DNA from: Antechinus flavipes
Taxonomy: Eukaryota
Direction of reading: 5' to 3'
Length of the DNA: 64,000 bases
NCBI RefSeq assembly: GCF_016432865.1
Contig: NC_067401.1
Span: forward strand, 112,344,001 to 112,408,000
Shown: positions 12,601 through 24,549 of the stretch, one piece after another
How positions within the stretch are numbered: the first letter of the stretch is position 1
Layout of the letters: each line of letters begins with the position of its first letter
Notes under the pieces: generated by a model
Told to the model about the DNA's origin: nothing
What the model saw: only the letters and a program-made list of their open reading frames with translations
The model's database searches: none
Program-made: the position numbers and the translations under genes

Positions 12601-15600
12601 AGAAAAATAAGTCAGTCATATGGCAAGAGTGAAGAATAATCAATGAAGGGCACTTGTATTTTGGTATCTTCTGGATATTGGGAGACATAAGGAAGATCTC
12701 CACACACATTAGGTAGATCTACTGGGATGTGGATATAAAAAAGGGTACATACATAAACTACAATAATTTCATTAAAAAATTTTAACTTACATAAATCACT
12801 CACCATATAAAACAAAAGCATCCTAAAAGCATTTTAGTAAACACTTGATTGGACTTAATTGCTAAGAGGAGAGATTTGGCAGCCAAAGGCAACATCCATT
12901 TATAATAAAAACTTGTTTGTAAAATTATGATAAAAGGTAATGAACATCTCACAAAACAGAGAAGTAGTAGAGGGTAAAGTCAGTCTAAATAAAAGTTGAT
13001 GAAGGACCCAATTAAGAAAAGTCATCCAAGGAACTTTAAAATGAAAGCTGCAAGGAGAATTAGAAATAAAAGAAAAATAAAAAAGATCTGCAAAGATTTT
13101 TACTAAGAACTTTTTTCATCCTTAAGGAGAATAGATACTACCTTAGACTTTAACATCACAGTCTTGGATGTAACTATAAAGGAGGTGGGGAAATGGCACT
13201 AAAGATAGGAGAAACAGCTGAGCAAGACCAAGGCTATATAAAGTAAGTCTGTGCTAGAGATGACAAAGTTGTGGGGACATTGAGAGACTGACCCAGAAAG
13301 TACCTTAAAAAAGGAAAACTCAAAAAATGGGGGAAAAAATCAGGGACTATATTAATGGGAAAAATCCCCCACAAACCTATATGCTTAGTTTCTCATCTAT
13401 TTAAAAATTTTTGTGAGAATCATCTATATATGTAACCAGAATATTCTCAGTGAGGGAATTAATGTAGTGAAAACAGGTGGGGTTTTCATAAGTCAAAATG
13501 GTCCATTGTAGAGCACATTTGTGTCATTGCACAATTGACAAAAATAATCATAATAGTTAGCATTTATAGAGTGCTTACTGTGAGTCAGGCACTGTGCTGA
13601 CAGCTTTGCAAATATCTCATTCTATCCTCAACAATCCTGTGAGGTAGGTGTTATTACCTTCAGCTATTATTATTACACTTGAGGAAACTAAGGCAGAGGT
13701 TAAGTGATTTGCCCAAGTTCCACACAGCTAATACTGAGACAATTGGGGTTAAATGACTTGCCCAGGGTCACACAGCTAGACAGTGTCTGAGATCAGATTC
13801 GAACTCTGGTCCTCCTGACTTCAGGGCTGGTGCTCTATCCACTGCGCCACCTAGCTGCCCCCCACACAGCTAATACTAATGGATTTGAATTTAGATTTTC
13901 CTGACTCCAGGCCTTATCGCCCTAAACCATGGTACCACCTAGATCTAGGACATGATCTCCTAGGCTTGTTGTATTACTTTTTAGAAGAGCAAACTGCCAC
14001 CTTAAAGACTATTTCTCATATGTGTGTATGTGTGTGTGTTTCCTACACACATATTAACCTTATTCAAGATTCTTTGAAAGACAGAACAATAGAAATAATC
14101 TCTCAGCCTCAATTTCCTCATCTGTAAAATAAGAATAGCACCTACCTCATAGGATTGTTGGGAGGATAAAATTAAGTAAGTAAAATTAAGTACTATATAA
14201 ATACTTATGATTGTTCTTGTTGTTCTTATTATTAATACATACCATGGAAGGGTAATGCAAATAGATAACAAAGAAGTTAGGCCCAGAATTAAACAGAAGG
14301 AAGATAAAAGGTTGATTGATTGATTGCCTTCAGGAAACCCAGAAGATCCTTTAATTATTTGAAACTTCTTCCAGAAACAAAGACCTATCTTTCTAATACT
14401 AATATTCAACCAGTGTTTTATAGCCAGAAATCTTAGACCACAACAGCCTCCATGAAATTAAGAACGAGTATCATCCAGAAGATAATAAAGAGGCACATGG
14501 TGGGCATTAATGCAGGCTTCGGCATATAACAAGCCAGGAACTCCAAAGTAAAGCCAGAATAAAGGATCTCATTAAAGAGATCTTTGGGGGAGAGGGGAAA
14601 AGGAGGAGGAAGAAGAGATAATGAAGATGATGATAGCTGGGTCATGTGGTAGGATCAAAGGATGACCACTGGACATCCCTTATCCTCAGTAAGAACCTAC
14701 TTAAGGAAGGCAGGCAGGCAAGTGTACTCTGGGCACTGGATGGAATCCCCTGGCACAATAATAGGAGGTGATAGCCCTTGATCTGTTGAGTGTGCCATTG
14801 GAGACAATATGCCAACTGATCAGATCATATGCCCATTTGTATATTTGAGTAGAAGGAGATTGGGAGCCACTTAAGACTTCTGGGGGAGTGACATGATAAA
14901 ACAGAGTTTTAGGAAGAATAATCAGACAGCAGGATCAATCAGGGAGGGTGAGAAGAGTCAGGGAGGCCTCTTTCCTTTTCTTTCTTCTATCTTCCTCCAT
15001 TCTCTTTCATGATTTTCTTGAATATTCTTTTTCACCCCCCTCATTTTATCCCTCCACTCAAGCTTCTTGAAGTATTAGCTTCCATTTAATGGAGGAAGCA
15101 TGTAGCTGGAAACATATGCCCTGAAATCATTTTTTCTCTGGCCCCTCATCCAGGGACACAGCAGGACAAGAGAGATTCAAGACTATAACTACTGCCTACT
15201 ACCGGGGGGCCATGGTATGAAATGGGGAGATGGGGCATGATGTGGGCAAGGAATGAGGGGTGGGAGGTAAGAATGGGGGCATCTTGGGCAAAATAGGTGA
15301 CAGTCAGGAAAAAGAGCAAGTTATGACTTAGAGGAGAGGTGAAAGGGAGGGAGGAGCTGTGTGGACTGAGATTTAGTTTAGAGCTTCCAAGGATGTTATA
15401 TAGGTTTGTGGAAGTGGCCCCAAGTTGGTTTGTGGTATATAAGAATGAAAAGTTCCTCTCACCCATAATCTCTCTCTCTTTGTGTGTATCTCTCTCTCAT
15501 CTTTCTTTCCCTCTGTTTCTTTGTGTGTATTTCTCTCTCTGTTTATATGTGTCTCTGTGTATCTTTTTCTGTCTTTCTGTCTCCCTGTTTGTATGTCTTT

Positions 15601-17004
15601 GTGTGTGTGTACTTCTCTGTCTCTCTATTTCTCTGTATTTCTATCTGTGTCTCTCCCTCTCTCTGTCTCTTTGTCTCTATCTCTCTTTTTCTTTGTGTTT
15701 CTATCTCTGTCTTTCTCTTTCCTGCCTTTTGTCTCTGTCTTTCTCTGTCTCTGTGTCTCTCTCTTTCCCTTCTTCTGTCTCTGCCTTTATCTGTGTTTCT
15801 TTCTCTGTGTCTCTTTCCCTCCCTCTTGTCTTTTTGTCTCTGTCTCTGTGTCTCTCTCTTTCCCTTCTTCTGTCTCTGCCTTNNNNNNNNNNNNNNNNNN
15901 NNNNNNNNNNNNNNNNNNNNNNNNNNNNNNNNNNNNNNNNNNNNNNNNNNNNNNNNNNNNNNNNNNNNNNNNNNNNNNNNNNNNNNNNNNNNNNNNNNNN
16001 NNNNNNNNNNNNNNNNGTATTATCCTTGTCTATGACATTACAGATGAGAAATCTTTTGAGAACATTCAGAACTGGATGAAAAGCATCAAAGAGGTTTGTG
16101 TTTGACTACAGGGAACTCTTAAGGGTGTTGGGAAGGAGCTTGGGAATGCCTGAGAAAGAGGCCTAAGATGGAGAGCTGGCACATAGAGAAGCTGGGACGA
16201 GGGAAGGTCCTCAAGGTTTTAGAGTACCTTAGTTCTCACCATGACCCTTCTACTTCCAGAATGCCTCTGCAGGGGTGGAACGCCTTCTGCTGGGAAATAA
16301 GTGTGACATGGAAGTGAAGAGGAAGGTGCAGAGGGAACAGGCAGAGAAGGTAGGAGGCCTGGGAGAAGGGCAGGCTGGGGGGAAGATACTTGGAGATTGT
16401 AGGGGGGTGACTAGGGCTGAGGCTGGCTGAATGCAGGCTGGTGGGAGAGAAGAGCTGGGTGAGAATGAAAGGAATAAGGGGAGACCAAAGTGAGAAATAA
16501 ACCATCCTTTTTTCTTTCTCATCCACCCCAAAGCTGGCCAGGGAACATGGAATCCGATTCTTTGAGACAAGTGCTAAGTCAAGCCTGAATGTGGATGAGG
16601 TGAGGACTGGGAGGTGAGGGAATTGGAAGGTCAACTGTACTTCCCACCTCAGGGTGCCCTAATGTTACCCATAATGACTCCTTTCCTTCTCGATTTCCTT
16701 TAGGCCTTCACTTCTCTGGCCCGGGACATATTGCTCAAGTCAAGTCGGAGATCTGTAAGTTGATATTCTGGGAATGGGGGAATCCCTGCCCTGGGAAGGT
16801 AGCAGCCCACACACCCCTCCAAGTCTTCCACTAGCCTATCCCTTCTCAGCTCACAGTCATCATCCCCCCTTCCCTCTCCAGCCCTGTCTGCCACCCTCTC
16901 ACTTAGACTGTTCTTTCCCCCAGGGCAACAGCAACAAGGCGCCCCCAACTACTGATCTGAAGAGTTGTGAGAAGAAAAGCAGCACCAAGTGCTCCTTGGG
17001 TTAA
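9507..17004 (+). CDS. RAB13: Ras-related protein Rab-13 (203 aa)
   Basis: Exons 9507-9630, 10780-10840, 15154-15214, 16016-16093 (first base and acceptor in N gap), 16260-16349, 16534-16599, 16704-16754, 16924-17004; total 612 nt. All visible splice sites are [45 protein letters not shown] and C-terminal CSLG prenylation motif. Confidence 0.97.
9694..9911 (+). repeat. ~50-bp tandem repeat (minisatellite), ~4.3 copies, RAB13 intron 1
   Basis: caactttt-like starts at 9694, 9743, 9794, 9844 and 9893. Unit approx. caacttttcagagtccctcagatcactagttaacacccctccccattatcc. Confidence 0.92.
11230..11900 (+). mobile_element. Old L1 3'UTR fragment
   Basis: ataattccaggggacttatgatgaaacatgcta..gggaattagttttgtatgactgt..ttttcttgctctctcaatg, ending in an A-rich tail. 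Confidence 0.6.
11930..12200 (+). mobile_element. L3/CR1 fragment
   Basis: CR1-like RT/3' sequence (gaaaaagctctgggagt..ctctttcctagtcagaccacaactgcagttttgt). Confidence 0.55.
12240..14700 (+). mobile_element. Fragmented RTE-type LINE (pieces ~12240-12380, 12600-13545, 14225-14700)
   Basis: RTE ORF-like degenerate text (gatttggcagccaaaggcaac, ggcccatcttttaat..aatattttcc, ggcacatggtgggcatta..gccaggaactcc), interrupted by SINEs. Confidence 0.55.
13736..13861 (-). mobile_element. WSINE1-like SINE with 16-bp TSD inside a MIR
   Basis: Full reverse-complement SINE. ccacacagctaatact at 13720-13735 and 13862-13877. Confidence 0.9.
15470..15882 (+). repeat. Degenerate (TC/TG)n low-complexity tract, RAB13 intron 3
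   Basis: Pyrimidine-rich dinucleotide tract with a recurring ~47-nt block (near 15742 and 15836), running into the N gap. Explains the spurious L/S/C-rich ORFs at 15339-16105. Confidence 0.9.
15883..16016. other. Assembly gap (134 N)
   Basis: Run of N; true length unknown. Hides the RAB13 exon 4 acceptor. Confidence 0.99.
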
Positions 17005-17067
17005 TAGCTGCTGACCACTCCAGGATCTCCTCGTCCCTGGCCCAGAGGCTGGGCCTGCTGGATTTCA

Positions 17068-17310
17068 GGGAGAGGAAGAGAAAAGGAGGGAAAGGGAAGA
17101 GGAGTTGTCTAGGGACTTAGAGAGTTGGGAGGGGCAGGAGAAAAAAGAGAAAGAGAAAAAGGAGAGAGAGAGAGAGGGAGAAATGAAAGAAAAGGGAGAA
17201 AAAGGAAATTAGAAAGGTAATTGAGAAAAAGGGGAAGTGGGTAGTGAGATGGTGAGAGGAGGATTGCAAGGAGGTGAGAGAAGGGAATGGACAAAGTGAA
17301 ATGCAGAGAG
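17068..17310 (+). promoter_or_regulatory. GA-rich tract in RAB13 3'UTR (candidate mRNA-localisation element)
   Basis: Strongly purine-rich block starting ~65 nt after the stop and upstream of the polyA signal. Confidence 0.6.
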
Positions 17311-17553
17311 ATGTCCCTGGGGTAGAGTTAACCTCCTTGACCTCTTCCCCTTCCTCTCTTCCAACTCTTCAGCACAAACACTAAGTGTATATACATAGAC
17401 TTTCTTCAGTTACTGGGTTATCCCCTGGGATCTGGGTGGGGGTAGGGAGCTTAGCTGGCTTAGCTCAGTCCTCTCCCTCCACACTCCCTCCCCCCAAATG
17501 GGAGAGTGGGGACCTCTGTCTTATCACTCTAAGCCTGAAAGGTCTTTCTTAGT

Positions 17554-17559
17554 ATTAAA
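17554..17559 (+). terminator. Probable RAB13 polyadenylation signal ATTAAA
   Basis: ATTAAA 550 nt after the stop, followed by a U/GU-rich region (gttctttgttttgg). Confidence 0.65.
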
Positions 17560-18484
17560 GACCAACATTTGCACAAATGTTCTTTGTTTTGGATGCTTCT
17601 TTCTCCCCTTCCTGGTCCTCATTTCCTCCGCCCCTTCTAGCCTTCTGAACACTACAACCTAATTTATCACTCAGCAGTTTCACAGGTGGGAAAATGGAGG
17701 CTTGGAAGGAGTAGATAGAGATGATTGTTGTCTGTTCCTCCCCATCTCCCCATTTCTCCCTTGCCCTCAGCACCTTTAGGGAACTACCAAACTTATAGCA
17801 CAGAAAGGGAACAAAATACCACCAGAACTGAGAGAATCTTATCAGATAAACCTCAAAACATAATTACTAATAACAGCTAGCACTTATGTAGTGCTTACTT
17901 AAGCACTTTGTAAATATGATCTCATTCAATTCTCCCAACAACCCAGAAGGTAAGTACTAATATCACATCCATTTTACACCTGAGAAAACTGAGGCACAGA
18001 GAAATGAAATAACTTGCCCAAAGTCACATAGCTACTAAGTGTTTGAAGCAGGATTTACACTCAGGTCTTTCTGAATCTGGGCACAAAAATAAAACAAAGG
18101 AAGCAGTAATGGCAGAGTGGGAAATCATGAGACATCAAAAGAGAGGTTCAAATGCTAACATTTGCTGTCTTTGTGACTGTGTCCCTCCTTTATAAAATGG
18201 CAGCCTTGATCAGGAATGAGCCATCTAGCTGCTGTTGAGATCCTTTCTAACTATGGCATTGAAGCATTAGCTTAAGGAGGCTTTCTGAAAGAAAGGAAAA
18301 TGAAACAGCATTGGTAAGAAAAAGATAAAAGTAGGCCCAGATCCTGATAACTGAGAATCAGATTTGGCCCCCACATTTATCCAGAAGCTTTTATTAATTA
18401 CTTTCTTGTGCATGATGTTGTATCAGCAACAAAGGAAATAGAATAGACCTGGCTACTGATACACTCATCAAAAATAAATAAGAA

Positions 18485-19040
18485 TCATAGTATTTTAGGA
18501 TTGGAAGGGAGCTAATCCCTAATTAAATGTGAATCTTGTGTGCAAAATTCCCAATTAGTCATTCAGTGTCTCTCCCAAAGACCTACTGTGAGAGGGAACC
18601 CATGACTACTGGAGGCAGTCTTTTCCACTGTTGGATGGTCCTCAGTATTAGGAGGTTTTTCTTCATACTTAGCCTCTATGTAACTTTCACTCATAGCTTC
18701 TAAATTTCTAAATTTGTCCCTCTGGTAGCAAGCAGAACAAGTCTAATACTTATGTAAGACAGTCCTTCAGATGTAACTATGTTGTCCCCTTTTTTACCCC
18801 CACCTCTAACATAAATTTCTTGCAAATCATTTCTTTAACCCATTTCTCATATGCCATGGCCCCCAAACATCCTCATGGTTTTCCTCTGAACATACTCCAA
18901 TTCATCAATTTTTTTTTCAAAATATGGTATTCAAAACTCAAGCAATTAACAAAGAACCAGTATCTGATAGTTAAAATGATTACTTACATGGGACCAAGGA
19001 GTCAAAAAGTTAACCTTGATATTATATAAAGCCTATATTC
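18485..19040 (-). mobile_element. L3/CR1 3' fragment
   Basis: Typical reverse CR1 end (ggattggaaggga, gagagggaacccatgactac, agcaagcagaacaagtctaat). Confidence 0.55.
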
Positions 19041-19049
19041 AGTTTTTTT

Positions 19050-19640
19050 AAATTTATTTTAATGTACATTGCTTTATGAATCATGTTGGGAGAGAGAAAT
19101 CAGAACAAAGGAGAAAAACCAGGGCAGAGAAAAAGAAAAAAGAAGTGAACATAGCATATGTTGATTTACATTCAAACTCCATAATTCTTTTTCTGGATGC
19201 AGATGACATTTTCTGTCTAAAGTGTATTGAGATTGCCTTGGATCACTGAACCATGAGAAGAGCCAATTCATTCATAGGGGATCATCGCACATTCTTGCTA
19301 TTACCGTGTATAATGTTTTCCTGGTTCTGTTTGTTTTGCTCAGCATCAGTTCATGTAAATCTTTTCAGACCTTTCTAAAATCAGTCTGTTTGTCATTTTT
19401 TATAAAACAATAATATTCCAATACCTTCATATAACACAATTTATTCAGCCATTCCCCAGTTGATGAGCATCTACTCGTTTTCCAATTTTTTGCCACCACA
19501 AAAAGAGCTGCTACACAAACATTTTTGCACATGTGGGTTCTTTTCCCTTCTTTATGATTTCCCTGGGATACAGACCCGGTAGTGACAGTGCTGAGCCAAA
19601 GGGTATTCATAGTTTGATGGCCCTCTGAAGGTTGCTCAGG
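19050..19640 (-). mobile_element. L1 3' end fragment
   Basis: ORF 19365-19667 contains L1 ORF2 C-terminal motifs (CVAALFVVAKNWKTSRCSSTGEWLNKL). Confidence 0.85.
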
Positions 19641-20899
19641 ACAGGTAATTATCACTGGGTGAGTCAATCAATCAAATATTCAGGGTTTACTATGTACTAG
19701 GTATTGTGCTAACAAAGGAAAACAAAAAAAGGCAAAGTCTGGTCTTTGCCTTCAAGGAGCTGATAGCCTAATGGAGAAGATGATGTGCAAATATATACAA
19801 GGCAATCTATATGCAGGATAAATAGGAAGTAATTAACAAAGGGAAGGCACTAGAATTAGGAGTTAGGGAAAGATTTTGGTTGGGACTTAAGCCAGGAAGG
19901 TCAAAATCAGAGGAAGGAGGGGAAGCATTCCAGCCGTGGGGGAGAGCCAGAGTACTCAGAATCAGTCAAATTTGCAAATCTTGTCCATGGAAGAGAAAGG
20001 ATTTGAGTTTCATCAGAATGAAGAAAGGGCGTCAGGGAATGGGATGTGAGTAGACTGGGAAGGTAGAAAGGTACTAAATTACAAAGGGCTTTGAATGCCA
20101 AACAATATTTTTGTATTTGCTCCTGTAGGCAACAGGGAGCTATTGAGTAGGGGAGGGTAAATATGTTCAGATAGGCTGAATGAAGGAAGGATTGGGGATG
20201 AGAGCCTTCACTAGAGCAGTGGCAACGCCAGAGAGAAGGGGGCATATTGGAGCGATGTTGTGAAAGTGAAATCAATAGGCCTTGGCAACAGTTTGGACAT
20301 GAACAGCAATAGTGAGGAAAACAGATTGACTTTTAAGCTTCAAGTCTGAGGGACTGAGAATATAATGTTGCCTTATATAGTAATAGGGAAGATAAGGGAC
20401 AGGGGGAAATAATGAATTTTGTTTTGAACATATTGAGTTTAAGATATCTCCTGGACATCTACTTGAGAATATATGAAAGACAGTGGGACATATGAGACTG
20501 GAAGTCAGCAGAGAGACAGGGCAGGATAGGTAGATTTGAGAATCATCAACAAAGAGATGGTAATTAAATCTGAGAGCTGATGAGATCACCAAGTGGTGGC
20601 TTCTTATATAAGGATCAGAGAAGCGGGTCCAGGACAGAATCCCTAGGGACACCTATGGTCAAAGGGTGTAATCTGGAAGAGGACTTAGTAAAGAAGACAG
20701 AGAAGGAGCACTTGGATAGGTAAGAGGAAAACCAAGAGAGGGGGGTGTACCAAAAGTCTAGAGAGAAGAGAGTGATTAATAGCACCAAAGGTCAAGAAGA
20801 ATGAGAATTGAGAAAAAGCCATTGGATTCTGCATCTAAGATATTATTAGTAACTTTGGAAAAGAGTAGTTTTGATGAATGATGTCCAAAGCTTAATTTT

Positions 20900-21078
20900 A
20901 ATTTTATTTAATTTTATTTATTATTATTATTTTTGTTGTAATTGAGGAAATTGGGGTTAAGTGACTTGCCCAGGGCCACACAGCTAAGAAGTATTAAGTG
21001 TCTGAGGTTGGATTTGAACTTAGACCCTCCTGACTTCAAGGCTGGTGCTTTATCTACTGTGCCACCTAACTGCCCTTG
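20900..21078 (-). mobile_element. WSINE1-like SINE with 12-bp TSD
   Basis: aagcttaatttt at 20888-20899 and 21079-21090; (tta)n tail. Confidence 0.88.
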
Positions 21079-21260
21079 AAGCTTAATTTTTAGGGGTTGA
21101 GAGTAAGAAAAGAGAAGGTGGAGGCATTTATTATAGAATATCTTTTTTAGGAATTTACAAAGGGTAGAAGAGATATAGTATGATAGTGGGGATGAAAGAA
21201 TCAAGGGTTTTTATGGGAGGAAGGAGAAATGGACAGGTTTGTAAGCAATAGAGAATAAGC

Positions 21261-21759
21261 AGGATAAATACAGAGAGGCTTGGAGAGACCTACATGAACT
21301 GATGCTAAGTGAAATGAGCAGAACCAGGAGATCATTATACACTTCGACAACGATATTGTATGAGGATGTATTCTGATGGAAGTGGATTTCTTTGACAAAG
21401 AGACCTGAGTTTCAATGGATAAATGATGGACAGAAACAGCTACCCCCAAAGAAAGAACACTGGGAAATGAATGTGAACTATTTACATTTTTGTTTTTCTT
21501 CCCGGGTTATTCTTACCTTCTGAATCCAATTCTACCTGTGCAACAAGAGAACTGTTCGGTTCTGCAAACATATATTGTATCTAGGATATACTGCAACACA
21601 TCTAACATATATAGGATTGCTTGCCATCTAGGGGAGGGGGTGGAGGAAGAGGGGAAAAATCGAAACAGAAGCGAGTGCAAGGGATAATGTTGTAAAAAAT
21701 TACCCTGGCATGGATTCTGTCAATATAAAGTTATTATTAAATAAAATAAAGTATAAAAA
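21261..21759 (+). mobile_element. Young 5'-truncated L1 with perfect 14-bp TSD
   Basis: aatagagaataagc at 21247-21260 and 21760-21773. Close similarity to the L1 ends at 597-1614 and 39097-39610. Confidence 0.92.
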
Positions 21760-24549
21760 AATAGAGAATAAGCTAGGAAAGAGGGAGAGATTGAAAATAA
21801 GTGAAAGAGATGAGATGACAGAGGAGATTGGTGGAATAGCTTACTCAAACAAGAGAGGGGTCAGTCTAGGTGACAGACAAGACCATTTGAGCATGTGAGA
21901 GAGGGGTGAAAAGGAAATGGTGACAGAAAAAATTGGTGTGATATGAGATAAAGAAAAGGTGAGAAGGGGAAGGCAAAGTTCTCAGCTGAGTCAGTGGAGA
22001 GGGGGGAAGCCCTAGAAGGTCTCTGGGGAGAGGTGAAAAAATTAGGAAGCACCAATGTGGAGAGTGGGCTAGTGAGTTGATAAGTCAAGTATAGTAGGAT
22101 TGGCTAGCAGCAGCCAGAGCCCACTTGAGGAACAAAGAAGACCACTCATGTGAACTACAGATGTTTACTGATCTATAATAGAGAAGTATTGATCCTCTCA
22201 TTCAGGAAGATAGGAGCTTTGGAAAGCAGTCTGATTACCAGAGGCTAAACAGATGTACAAGATCTGGGGAGATTGGGATAGTTTAAATCTAAGCCTTTAG
22301 ACAAGAAGTGGTAGGAAATAAGAGAGTCAAATTGGTCAGATACTTTAAAATCTTTGATAAATCAGTCAATAAATATCTATTAAAAGCTAAGTGCCAGACA
22401 CTGTGATATGAAACAAAAATAAAACAGTCCTGTCCTCGTTCTCAAGAAATAAATTTAGCAAAAAGCATTTATTAAGCTTTTACTATGTGTCAAACATTGT
22501 GCTTAAAACTATTGGGGAAACAAGTATAAAAGCAAAACAATCCTTCCTTCAAGAAACTCATTCTAATAGCACTGAGGTGACAACAGAGAGAAGAATAGTG
22601 CTCAGGGAAGACTCACAGGCTGAGAAGTAACAAAGGTGGTTTATAGAACAATAGGATAGTCAACTGACCTATCCTTTCCAAAAGGAATTGGAGAATGGGA
22701 GGGGGCGGGGTATGGTGTGGTTACAAGGAAGTAGTGAATGGAAGGAAAATAGCTGGGTGAAGATAGGCTACCTAATTGGAGGGATCTAAGTGGCTTAGCT
22801 CCTCTCAGGCATGGTCACTGGTGGTCTGGTATGAAGGTCAGAACAACATCGAGGATAGCACAACAAAATTTACAATCTATCAGGAGAGGAATACTATGTA
22901 CACACATGCATGTATGTATGCATATACACACATGAACATATATATGTGCATTTGTGTAAATTTAACGTGTGTGTATAAAAATTTATTCACACACATATAT
23001 GTTCTTCCACAAGACCTCTTTACATTTCATCCAATTTATTAAAATTTTGATCCATCAAAAATTATGCATTATGAAACATCTCTGGAAAGATACACATATT
23101 AAAATGATGAGATTAAACTTCAAGAGATATTTGGAGGGGTCTTCAAAAGCACTGCACAGTTTCCCAAACACAACCTAGGCCTTCAATTGTCCACAATTAT
23201 CCATCTACATTGTATATTGAGATACCAGTTGTCTCCATCCGACTTCAGGTGAGAAACTAGGTAATAGGTAGCCTTCATCTAAAAGGGAACAAAGGGAAAT
23301 GTATTTTTTTTTTTTGGAGATGGAAAAAAAATCAAATTGAATATAATATTCCAGCAGCTACAGACCAATTATTCCAAGCAGTCAGTGAGTGATCAAAGAA
23401 TTGAGGCGCATGTCCAGGAAGAACCTACCCAGTATGACTCCCTGAATCCTGAGTGTCTCTTCAACAAGGTTAAATATTGGATAAAGTATGTACTCTTTCC
23501 CTGAGTATTTGCCTTTCCCTCTTTTAATAGCACCAGAAGGATGATTTGTTGTACACCTGGGCTACACCCTTGCACTGGTTCATTTAAAGAATAGCCAGAA
23601 GGCTACAGGATGAGGGCAGAAATTAGAATTGTGCCTAAAGAGAAAAAGCCAGTTAATAGAGAGGAGAAAGGGGAGCAAAGAAGAGGGACTACACTCTGGA
23701 CTCTTTTCTGGAGAGGAAGATTGAACATTTGTGAGCATTCCTTAGCCTAAGAGAGCAGCACAGTAGAATTTGGAGACTTAGAAGGAATAGCAAGGGATGT
23801 AAGAGGAACAAAGCTGGATTCTGATCTTCTCTGTACAGCATTATGTGGACAATGCAGGTGGAAAGGAATTCCAAGTACTTGTTCCTTTCGGGGATTGGGA
23901 CAGAGGGAATTCGGGCTTAATCTAGTCTAAATCTTGGGCCCTTGGGGAGGAGGGGAGGGGGCGGGGAAGAGACCTATAAAAGACAGGAGAACTGTTTTGA
24001 CTATTTGGTTCGATTCCTTCACTATCTTTTTATTGGGTTAAACAAAATTTGTGCTGCATTTGATGTTTTATTAGCCTGTTTTATGTGGGAGATGAGGGTT
24101 CTTCCCTTTTCCCAAATGGATCGAGAAATGCCAAATTATTATAATTCCAGGAAAACTGATGGGAAGGGAAAGGGAAGAGGGAAATGAATTTATTGTGCCT
24201 ACTTTATGCCAAGCACAGTGTTTTACAAATATTATTTCATTTGACCCTCAAAGGAAGGTGCTGTTATTCTATTTTACATTTGAGGAAATTGAGGCAGCCA
24301 AGCGGCTAGCCCAGGCTCACACAATTACTGTTTGGGGCAGGATTTGGCTTCGGGTTCAGAGTTGAGGAAATGAACCAAAAAAACCCCCCAAAACCCTCAG
24401 TATTAAGCCTGACCTGTATAATCTCAGACTTTTGATTTTGCATTATAAATTATATGAGGAATGGCGTTAACTCATTAAGTAGGAAGAGCAGAAGCAATTG
24501 TTTGGATTACAAATCTAACCATTTAAGTGGGTGAACTGGGGTCTAACGC

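Larger units (their letters stand above)
19660..22400 (-). mobile_element. L2 LINE remnant carrying nested SINE and L1
   Basis: Reverse L2 tail aatcaatcaaatattc..tttactatgtactaggtattgtgct. ORF 20272-20652 has the L2 RT motif FNYHLFVDDSQIY. Confidence 0.75.

Noticed and set aside
15339-16105. 180-250 aa Leu/Ser/Cys-rich ORFs
   Set aside because: Artefacts of the TC/TG tract read through the N gap.
23310-23520. Exon-like open frame (IFQQLQTNYSKQ..NKVKYWIK) with a gtatgt donor between RAB13 and JTB
   Set aside because: No start or partner exons, no recognisable homology, and the next acceptor is too close for a real intron.
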